From the NCBI GenBank assembly GCA_025963875.1, contig JAOPZY010000173.1, positions 1-41,601 on the forward strand: DNA of 41,601 nt, read 5' to 3'. The number at the start of each line of letters is the position of its first letter. Within the stretch, counting starts at the first letter, position 1. The DNA is from Actinomycetota bacterium (lineage in GTDB: Bacteria; Actinomycetota; CADDZG01; JAHWKV01; JAOPZY01). Below the pieces are notes generated by a model that saw nothing but the letters and a program-made list of their open reading frames with translations, made no database searches and was not told where the DNA came from. Positions 7,940-14,923 of this stretch are shown here, in pieces. The translations under genes were made by a program, and so were the position numbers.

Positions 7940-8334
7940 GATCCAACCGAGGGCCGGGGGTTTTCCCGGCCACCCTTCCCGAGCAGCTCACCCACATTTT
8001 GACGTCCATTAATGTCGATATGGAGGGCAATCCGGCCGATCCGTTCATCGACGACGACTGGCGCCTGCAGGCGTGCCAGTTCGTCGACGGGGACCCCAGC
8101 AAGCTTGAGGTTATCTTCACGGGGATCCTCGGCGGACGGCTGCGTCTGACAGTGTCGGCCAAGAAGCTCGGGCAGGGGTGGTTCGAGGCTGGGGAGATCT
8201 GGGGTGACGGCGATCCGGCCCTGACCCCGATTGCCAAGCAGCTGAGTAGCCTCGTGCAGGAGACGGTCGTTCCCAAGCAGCCGGATGTCTCGCTCGACAT
8301 GGATCTCATCACGATGGGCCGGTCGAAGATTTGA
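7921..8334 (+). CDS. Paralog of the putative immunity protein (open ORF, start uncertain)
   Basis: 137-codon ORF with no indels, 28 amino-acid differences from copy 1 by manual count. The SD-associated ATG of copy 1 is ATA here, so expression would need ATG 7921 or a non-canonical start. Confidence 0.6.
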   Translation: MQGVPIRSNRGPGVFPATLPEQLTHILTSINVDMEGNPADPFIDDDWRLQACQFVDGDPSKLEVIFTGILGGRLRLTVSAKKLGQGWFEAGEIWGDGDPALTPIAKQLSSLVQETVVPKQPDVSLDMDLITMGRSKI

Positions 8335-8373
8335 GACGAATCTGGCGGCGCGGCATCACGAGAATGCCGGAGC

Positions 8374-8829
8374 TTAATCCTCGACCAGTTCCGCCTCCGG
8401 CGCCATCTGCATCGTCCCCACCAGCGTGACGACGAAGAGCAGGAAGGTGATTCCGTGCACCGCCGTGCACCACAGGCACAGGGCGTCGAGGGTGAACAGC
8501 TCCGTGTAGACCAGGTACAGCACCATGAGGATGCCGGCGACGGCGGCCCCAACCCGGGCCCGGCGCACGAGGCCCGACTCGCTGCGCCAGGCGGCGGGGA
8601 GGTGGAGGGGGGTGATGGCCACGAAGTACAGCAGGCCCAGCAGCGCCACCGGCACGCCCAGGATCGCGGACTGGGGGCTCTCGGTCACCTTGGCGCAGTT
8701 CACGATCCCCGTCTCCGGGCAGGCCAGGGTCACCTTGGCGTTGTAGTGGGCGATGGTGAGATACAAAGATACGCCGAGCCCCGCAAGGCACAGCAGCGGG
8801 GCGGCGACACGCACCCAGCGTGCGGTCAC
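8374..8829 (-). CDS. Vitamin K epoxide reductase (VKOR) family protein
   Basis: GLGVSLYLT, CPETGIVNCAKVTESPQSAILGVPVALLG, CLWCTAVH; GTG 8829 overlaps the upstream TGA. Confidence 0.92.
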   Translation of the reverse strand: MTARWVRVAAPLLCLAGLGVSLYLTIAHYNAKVTLACPETGIVNCAKVTESPQSAILGVPVALLGLLYFVAITPLHLPAAWRSESGLVRRARVGAAVAGILMVLYLVYTELFTLDALCLWCTAVHGITFLLFVVTLVGTMQMAPEAELVED

Positions 8830-9821
8830 TGGACCGGGATGCGCGTCTCCAGCCCGGCAATCATGGGATCCGAGCACACCGGGGCAGGCTTGTTGCCCGT
8901 CACAGCGCACAGCGCGGCGGTCATCCAGTTGGCCGTCCCATCGAGGCGCTGCCCGAGCCCGGTCCCCGACGTGGCGGCCGACGCGATCTGCGCCCAGTCC
9001 TTGCCCTCGAGGTCGGAGGCGTTGTAGCTGGCGCCGGCAAGGACCCACCGGTTGCCGATGTCCACGAAGGGGATGGTGCCCGACGTCGCGCCCTGGGGCA
9101 GGGTGGGCTGGTTGTCGAGGGTGTTGACCAGCGTCCCGTCGGCGGTGGGCAGCGTGTCGAGCGACTTGTGGTTGCGGTCCTGTGTCTCGAAGGGGGTGAA
9201 CGACAGGTAGGTGCTCGTGTAGGTGACGCCCGAGAAGCTGAAGGTATTGATGTTCTTGGGGGTGTCGCTGGCGGACGACAGCGCGTAGCGAAGTCCCTTG
9301 AAGGTGCCGAAGCGTGACAGGGCGGCGATCATCGGCCATCGCTGGGTTGCGCAGAACGGGCAGAACAGGCCGCCGACGTACAGCACGCGGGGAAGGCCGC
9401 CGTTGACCAGGGGCGGAGGGTTGCCCGAGGGCAGGCGGAAGTCCGGGGCGAACCCCCCGTCTCCCACCTTGTCGAGGACCGAGACGGGAAGGGCGGTGAT
9501 CTGGGCGACCACCGCCGGGTTGGCGTCCTGCACGGCGGCGGTCGTGTCGGCGGCGGGCTTGCTGCTGAGCTTGAGCGCGATCAGCCCGGCGATGACCACG
9601 ACGACCAACCCGATCGCGCCGTAGGTGAGGACCCGCTGGCGCTGCTTGCGTGCCCGCCGGGCCGCCTCGGCGGCCTTGCGCTCGGCGGCCGCTTCCGCCT
9701 CCGCCCGTTTCGCGGCCTTGGCAGCGGCGACCTTCTCGGGGTCGATGGGGGCGGCGGCAGGCTTTCGGCGCTGGCCGCTTCCTGCCTTGCGCGGCGGCGG
9801 CTTGCGGGTGGGTTCGGCCAT
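8826..9821 (-). CDS. DUF929-family membrane-anchored thioredoxin-like (DsbA-like) protein
   Basis: Basic N-terminus, one TM helix, LYVGGLFCPFCATQRWPMIAALSRFGTF, TIPFVDIGN; coupled to VKOR. TAGAAT lies 8 nt upstream of ATG 9821. Confidence 0.85.
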   Translation of the reverse strand: MAEPTRKPPPRKAGSGQRRKPAAAPIDPEKVAAAKAAKRAEAEAAAERKAAEAARRARKQRQRVLTYGAIGLVVVVIAGLIALKLSSKPAADTTAAVQDANPAVVAQITALPVSVLDKVGDGGFAPDFRLPSGNPPPLVNGGLPRVLYVGGLFCPFCATQRWPMIAALSRFGTFKGLRYALSSASDTPKNINTFSFSGVTYTSTYLSFTPFETQDRNHKSLDTLPTADGTLVNTLDNQPTLPQGATSGTIPFVDIGNRWVLAGASYNASDLEGKDWAQIASAATSGTGLGQRLDGTANWMTAALCAVTGNKPAPVCSDPMIAGLETRIPVQ

Positions 9822-9866
9822 GAGGCGCAATTCTAGGCGAGGGGGCTGTGCGCCGACTGAGCCGAG

Positions 9867-9919
9867 ACCTTCTTTGTGTGAAAAAGGATGATAAACATCC
9901 ATAATCACACAAAGAAGGT
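9867..9919. repeat. Long inverted repeat: 15-bp perfect arms plus inner stem
   Basis: ACCTTCTTTGTGTGA-aaaa-GGATG-ataaa-CATCC-ataa-TCACACAAAGAAGGT. Confidence 0.9.
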
Positions 9920-9945
9920 TGTAGACGCGATATTGGCCCCGACTG

Positions 9946-9974
9946 TTGCACCCCGCTCGGCCCCGGCGTAGACT
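9946..9974 (+). promoter_or_regulatory. Putative dnaE promoter
   Basis: TTGCAC-N17-TAGACT. Confidence 0.5.
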
Positions 9975-10066
9975 GCCCTCGGGTCTAGTTACAGCAGTGT
10001 CATTCTCGCGAAAAAATTGAGCGCTGAGGCGCCCCTCAAGGCGCCGGATAAGAGGAGGTTGAGGGC

Positions 10067-13000
10067 TTGAGCTTCGTGCATCTCCACTCCCACTCGGAGT
10101 ACTCGATGCTCGACGGGGCGAGCCGCATCCCGAAGATGTTCGCCCGGGCGAAGGAGCTCGGGATGCCGGCGGTCGGGCTCACCGACCACGGCGTCATGTA
10201 CGGGGCCATCCCGTTCTACCTGGAGGGCCGGGCCACCGGCATCAAGCCCATCATCGGCATCGAGGCCTACGTCGCGCCGAGGAGCCGCTTCGACCGCCCG
10301 GCGCACCGGGAGACCGCCTACCACCACCTGACGATGCTCTCCGCCAACCCCACCGGCTACCGCAACCTGATGCAGCTCTCGTCGCTGGCGTTCCTGGAGG
10401 GCTACGACTCCCGCTCCCGGAGGCCGCGCATGGACCGGGAGCTGCTGGCGAAGTACAGCGACGGGGTCATTGTCCTGTCCGGTTGCCTGTCCGGCGAGCT
10501 CCAGAAGAACCTCGTCGCCGGCAAGCCCGACGAGGCCCGCCGGGTGGCCGCCGAGTACCGCGAGATCTTCGGCGACCGCTACTTCCTCGAGGTCCAGTAC
10601 CAGGGCCTCACCCAGCAGCCGGCCCTCAACGTGCAGATCGCCGAGATCGGGCGGGAGCTGGGCATCCCGATCGTGGCCACCAACGACTCCCACTACTCCG
10701 AGAAGGACGACGCCGGCGCCCACGACATCCTGCTCTGCATCCAGATGGGCAAGGAGCTCGCCGACACCGACCGGATGCGCTTCGACACCGACCAGTTCTA
10801 CCTGAAGAGCCGGGAGGAGATGGACCTCGCGTTCCCCGAGTACCCGGAGGCGGTCGAGAACACGCTGATGGTGGCGGGGCTCTGCGACATCGAGATCCCG
10901 CTCCACAACGCCCTGGTCCCCGACTTCGAGGTCCCCGAGGGCGAGACCCTGGCGAGCTACCTCTACAAGATGACCGAGGCGGGCGTCCGGCGGCGCTACC
11001 CCGACGTGACCGACGAGATCGAGGAACGGATGCGCCACGAGCTCTCCGTCATCGAGCAGATGGGCTTCCCGGGCTATTTCCTCATCGTGGCCGACTTCGT
11101 GCAGTGGGCGAAGTCGCAGGGTATCCGGGTGGGACCGGGCCGGGGCTCCGTCGGGGGGTCGATGGTGGCCTACGCCCTCGGCATCACCGAGATCGACCCC
11201 ATCCGCTGGGGGCTCGGCTTCGAGCGCTTCCTCAACCCGGGCCGCAAGCAGATGCCCGACATCGACATCGACTTCGACGAGCGTCGCCGCGGCGAGGTCA
11301 TCCGCTACGTCTCCGAGCGCTACGGCGAGGACCGGGTGGCGCAGATCATCACCTTCTCGACCATCAAGGCCAAGCAGGCCCTCCGGGATGCGGCGAGGGT
11401 GCTCGGGCTCCCGTACTCCATCGGCGACCGCCTGGCGAAGATGTACCCGCCCGCCATCCTCGGCAAGGACGCCCCCTTCGAGGCGTGCTTCGACCGCAAC
11501 GTGGAGTGGCCACGCAGCAGCGGCCGCAACGACGCCTACGCCAACGCCGCCGAGTTGCGGAAGACCTTCGAGGAGGACCAGATCTCGGCGCAGGTGATCG
11601 AGGCGGCCCGCAAGCTCGAGGGCCTGCGCCGCCAGCACTCGATCCATGCCGCCGGCGTCGTCATCGGACGCGAGCCGCTCGTCAACCACGTGCCGCTCCA
11701 GCGCACCGACGCCGAGGGCGAGATCGTGACCCAGTACGAGCAGAACGTGGTCGAGATGATCGGCCTGCTGAAGATGGACTTCCTGGGCCTGCGCAACCTG
11801 ACCGTCATCGAGGACACCCTCGCCCACGTGCGCAACAACAGGAAGGAGGAGGCGGACGTCGACAACGCGCCCCTCGACGACCCGCTGGTCTTCCGGTTGC
11901 TGCAGCGGGGCAACTCGCCGGGCATCTTCCAGATGGAGTCGCCGGGCATGACCCGCCTCCTGCGGCAACTCCATCCGGACCGCTTCGAAGAGATCGCGGC
12001 CCTGATCGCCCTGTACCGGCCGGGTCCCATGGAAGAGATCCCCCGCTACGTGAAGGGCAAGCTCGACCCCTCGTCGGTCACGTATCTCCACCCGTTGCTC
12101 GAACAGGTGCTCGCCGACACCAACGGCGTCATCGTCTACCAGGAGCAGGTGACGCAGATCCTCCAGGTGGTGGGAGGGTTCGCCCCCGAGGCCGCGGACA
12201 TGGTGCGCTACGCCATCGGCAAGAAGAAGAGCGAGGTCATGGCGAAGGCCAAGACGTCCTTCGACTCCGGGAGCCTGGCGTCGGGGCTCACGGCCAAGGA
12301 GACCGAGCAGCTCTGGGAGACGATCAAGCCCTTCGCCGGCTACTCGTTCAACCGTGCCCACGCCAACGGCTATGCCCTCGTCGCCTACCAGACCGCCTGG
12401 CTCAAGGCCCACTACCAGGTCGAGTACATGGCGGCGCTGCTGACCTCGGTCAAGGCCAACACCGACCGTATGCGTGCGTACCTCGCCGAGTGCATGGCGC
12501 TGCAGATCAAGGTGCTGCCCCCCGACGTCAACTCGTCGCAGCTCGATTTCACGCCCAAAGGCGACCAGATCCTGTTCGGCCTCTCCGCCATCCGCAACGT
12601 GGGCGAGGCGGTCGCCGAGTGCATCGTGTCCTCCCGCAAAGAGGGCTTCAGTTCCTTCCACGACTTCGCCCGCCGGGTCCCCACATCGGTACTGAACAAG
12701 AAGGTCGTGGAGTCGCTGGCCCGGGCCGGGGCGTTCGACTCCGTCGGCGTCGAGCGCAGCGCCCTCCTCGTCCACGATCCCAAGGGCGGCCTCATGCTCT
12801 CGGATCAGGCGGCCAGGGTCCTCGAGTCCACCATGGCGAACCGCCGCTCCGAGGACGCCGGCCAGTTCTCGCTGTTCGCAGGAGTGGAGGCCGACGACGA
12901 CGCAGCGAGCAACGCCAGCGTCTCGCCCTACAGCCACTTCGGCGAGCAGCTCACCCCCGGCGACATCTCCCGGTCCGACCTGCTGGCCGCCGAGAAGGAG

Positions 13001-13591
13001 ATGCTGGGCTTCTACGTCTCCGAGCACCCTCTTGCCGGGGTGGCGGCGGCGCTGCGCTACCACGCCGACGCGGAGATCTCCGACCTCACGGAGGTGCCGG
13101 ACGGCGCCATCAAGAGCGTGGGCGGCATCCTCTCGAAGCTCGAGCGCAAGTTCACCCGTAAGGGGGAGCTGATGATGATCGGGACGCTCGAGGACATGAA
13201 GAGCTCGGTCGAGGTGCTCCTGTTCCCGCAGACCGTCAACGAGACGCCGCCGGGCCTGCTGGAGGTGGACCGGATCGTACTGCTGAAGGGCCGCCTCGAC
13301 GTGAAGGACGACCACCCGAAGATGGTCGTCATGAAGGTCTCGGCGGTGGACTTATCGGCGGCCTCCACGGCCCTGCGGATCAAGATGCCCCTGCACACCT
13401 GCACGCCCGACCGCCTGGAGGAGCTGAAAGCGGTGCTGGCCGCCCACCCCGGCCCGTCGCCGGTCCTCCTCTACCTCGGCAACCACAACAAGACCACGGT
13501 GCTGCGCCTCGGCGGGGGCTTCACGGTCGAGATGCGCAACGGCCTCTACGGGGAGCTCCGCTCGATCCTGGGGCCCGAAGCCCTCGTCTGA
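10067..13591 (+). CDS. dnaE: DNA polymerase III alpha subunit
   Basis: PHP domain FVHLHSHSEYSMLDGA, LTDHG; GPGRGS; catalytic MPDIDIDF; SIHAAGVVI; LLKMDFLGL; FAGYSFNRAH; OB-fold C-terminus; SD before TTG. Confidence 0.98.
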   Translation: MSFVHLHSHSEYSMLDGASRIPKMFARAKELGMPAVGLTDHGVMYGAIPFYLEGRATGIKPIIGIEAYVAPRSRFDRPAHRETAYHHLTMLSANPTGYRNLMQLSSLAFLEGYDSRSRRPRMDRELLAKYSDGVIVLSGCLSGELQKNLVAGKPDEARRVAAEYREIFGDRYFLEVQYQGLTQQPALNVQIAEIGRELGIPIVATNDSHYSEKDDAGAHDILLCIQMGKELADTDRMRFDTDQFYLKSREEMDLAFPEYPEAVENTLMVAGLCDIEIPLHNALVPDFEVPEGETLASYLYKMTEAGVRRRYPDVTDEIEERMRHELSVIEQMGFPGYFLIVADFVQWAKSQGIRVGPGRGSVGGSMVAYALGITEIDPIRWGLGFERFLNPGRKQMPDIDIDFDERRRGEVIRYVSERYGEDRVAQIITFSTIKAKQALRDAARVLGLPYSIGDRLAKMYPPAILGKDAPFEACFDRNVEWPRSSGRNDAYANAAELRKTFEEDQISAQVIEAARKLEGLRRQHSIHAAGVVIGREPLVNHVPLQRTDAEGEIVTQYEQNVVEMIGLLKMDFLGLRNLTVIEDTLAHVRNNRKEEADVDNAPLDDPLVFRLLQRGNSPGIFQMESPGMTRLLRQLHPDRFEEIAALIALYRPGPMEEIPRYVKGKLDPSSVTYLHPLLEQVLADTNGVIVYQEQVTQILQVVGGFAPEAADMVRYAIGKKKSEVMAKAKTSFDSGSLASGLTAKETEQLWETIKPFAGYSFNRAHANGYALVAYQTAWLKAHYQVEYMAALLTSVKANTDRMRAYLAECMALQIKVLPPDVNSSQLDFTPKGDQILFGLSAIRNVGEAVAECIVSSRKEGFSSFHDFARRVPTSVLNKKVVESLARAGAFDSVGVERSALLVHDPKGGLMLSDQAARVLESTMANRRSEDAGQFSLFAGVEADDDAASNASVSPYSHFGEQLTPGDISRSDLLAAEKEMLGFYVSEHPLAGVAAALRYHADAEISDLTEVPDGAIKSVGGILSKLERKFTRKGELMMIGTLEDMKSSVEVLLFPQTVNETPPGLLEVDRIVLLKGRLDVKDDHPKMVVMKVSAVDLSAASTALRIKMPLHTCTPDRLEELKAVLAAHPGPSPVLLYLGNHNKTTVLRLGGGFTVEMRNGLYGELRSILGPEALV

Positions 13592-13629
13592 TCAGGCCGG
13601 CCGAGCAGGGCCGGGTATCATCCGCCTTG

Positions 13630-14076
13630 ATGCGACGACTGACGTGGGTGCTCGTGCCCGTGCTTGCTCTGGCGGCCTGCTCGAGCAAAGCGAAGACGGC
13701 CACCATCTCCAGGTCCGACTACCAGGCGAGGGCCAACGCCATCTGCTCGAGCATGAACGCCAAGGGCAATTCCCTCCAGGACCCGGGCACGGACCAGGCC
13801 AAGCTGAAGCAGGTCGTGGACCAGGCAATCCCGATCACCTCCGACGGCCTGGCCCAGCTCCGGAAGCTGCCGGAGCCGAAGGGCGACGAGGCGACGATCG
13901 AGGGCTTCTACGCCAAGCTGGACAAGCTCATCGGCGACCTCAAGGACGAGTCGGCGGCGCTGCAGGCCAACGACATGCCCAAGGCCAGCCAGATCGCCAC
14001 GACCTTCAAGACCGACTCCACCGCGGCGAACGACGCGGCCAACGGCTACGGCCTCAGGGTCTGCGGGGCGGGGTGA
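13630..14076 (+). CDS. Putative lipoprotein (helical, hypothetical)
   Basis: Signal peptide with lipobox MRRLTWVLVPVLALAA-C; two further Cys (ANAIC, GLRVC). Confidence 0.8.
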   Translation: MRRLTWVLVPVLALAACSSKAKTATISRSDYQARANAICSSMNAKGNSLQDPGTDQAKLKQVVDQAIPITSDGLAQLRKLPEPKGDEATIEGFYAKLDKLIGDLKDESAALQANDMPKASQIATTFKTDSTAANDAANGYGLRVCGAG

Positions 14077-14083
14077 CCTACGC

Positions 14084-14470
14084 TCAGATGGCTTCCGGCG
14101 GCCCCCACTCCGCGAGCACCGCTGCCAGGACCTTGAAGCTCGGGGGTTTCGTCACGTAGTCATCCATCCCGTGGGCGATCGCCGCGTCCCGGTCACCGCT
14201 CAGGGAACGACCGCTCAACCCGATGATAGGGGTGCGGACGCAGGTGCTCTCATCCTGGTAGCGGCGGATCTGCGCCGTGGCCTCGAAGCCGTCCACCCCG
14301 GGCATCTGGCAGTCCATCAGGATGAGGTCGAATTGCCCGCGGGTGTACGCATCGACTGCCTCGGCGCCGCCACCGACGCCGAGGACCTCGTAGCCCATGC
14401 TCTCGAGCAGGGCCTGCGTGGCGTGCCGGTTCATTTTGTGGTCGTCGGCAAGAAGGATTCGGATGGCCAT
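14084..14470 (-). CDS. Single-domain response regulator (receiver only)
   Basis: ILLADD, DLILMDCQMPGVDG, GMDDYVTKP. Confidence 0.9.
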   Translation of the reverse strand: MAIRILLADDHKMNRHATQALLESMGYEVLGVGGGAEAVDAYTRGQFDLILMDCQMPGVDGFEATAQIRRYQDESTCVRTPIIGLSGRSLSGDRDAAIAHGMDDYVTKPPSFKVLAAVLAEWGPPEAI

Positions 14471-14497
14471 GCGCTTTCCCTTCGGTGAGGAGGTTCC

Positions 14498-14923
14498 CTA
14501 CGGAGTGAGCCGGCGAAAGACCTCTGCTGCGGCCTCTCGGGAGAGCGGCGCCGAGCTCACCAGCGACTCGTGCACCGCGTGCAGGATCTTCTCGCCGCTG
14601 GAGCCCTTCACCAGGTAGGCCCGGGCGCCCGCTCCGATCATGGCCATCACCGTGGTCCGGTCGGCATAGGCGGTGAGGGCGATGATCCGGGTGCTCGGCG
14701 AGCACGTTGTGATCTGGCTGGCAGCGTACACGCCGCCGCCCCCCGGGATCTTGACGTCCAGCAACGCGACGTCGGGCTGGTGGAGCCGGGCCAGCTCGAT
14801 GGCCTCCGTGGCATCGGCCGCGGATCCCACCAGGTCGAGCGACGGGTCGCAGGAGATCAGGTCACCCAGCGCCTCCCTCATCAGGGCCTCGTCGTCGACC
14901 AGGAGCACGCGGATCCCGGTCAT
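14498..14923 (-). CDS. NarL-type receiver-domain protein without an HTH output domain
   Basis: IRVLLVDD, PDVALLDVKIP, IIALTAY, GARAYLVK; ends after 141 aa; ATGA overlap with the kinase stop. Confidence 0.88.
   Translation of the reverse strand: MTGIRVLLVDDEALMREALGDLISCDPSLDLVGSAADATEAIELARLHQPDVALLDVKIPGGGGVYAASQITTCSPSTRIIALTAYADRTTVMAMIGAGARAYLVKGSSGEKILHAVHESLVSSAPLSREAAAEVFRRLTP

Larger units (their letters stand above)
7355..8334 (+). repeat. Copy 2 (diverged) of the duplicated module
   Basis: Homologous to about 5240-6365: same hairpin, promoter hexamers, SD and both genes. Confidence 0.9.

Noticed and set aside
8351..8369. CGGCAT-N7-ATGCCG hairpin between convergent genes
   Set aside because: Short stem with no U-tract; too weak to call a terminator.
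5250..8373. Island as an integron, prophage, IS or CRISPR array
   Set aside because: No integrase, transposase, phage or cas gene; no attC consensus or regular repeat-spacer array is visible.
8830..9951. Apparent 525-aa VKOR with a long N-terminal extension
   Set aside because: The extension is an off-frame read of the DUF929 gene; VKOR starts at GTG 8829.
9989..13315. 1108-aa minus ORF and 892-aa alternative-frame ORF over dnaE
   Set aside because: Shadow ORFs typical of high-GC codon bias.
10067..13591. Intein or split in dnaE
   Set aside because: Length (1174 aa) and motif order are normal; no intein splice motifs seen.
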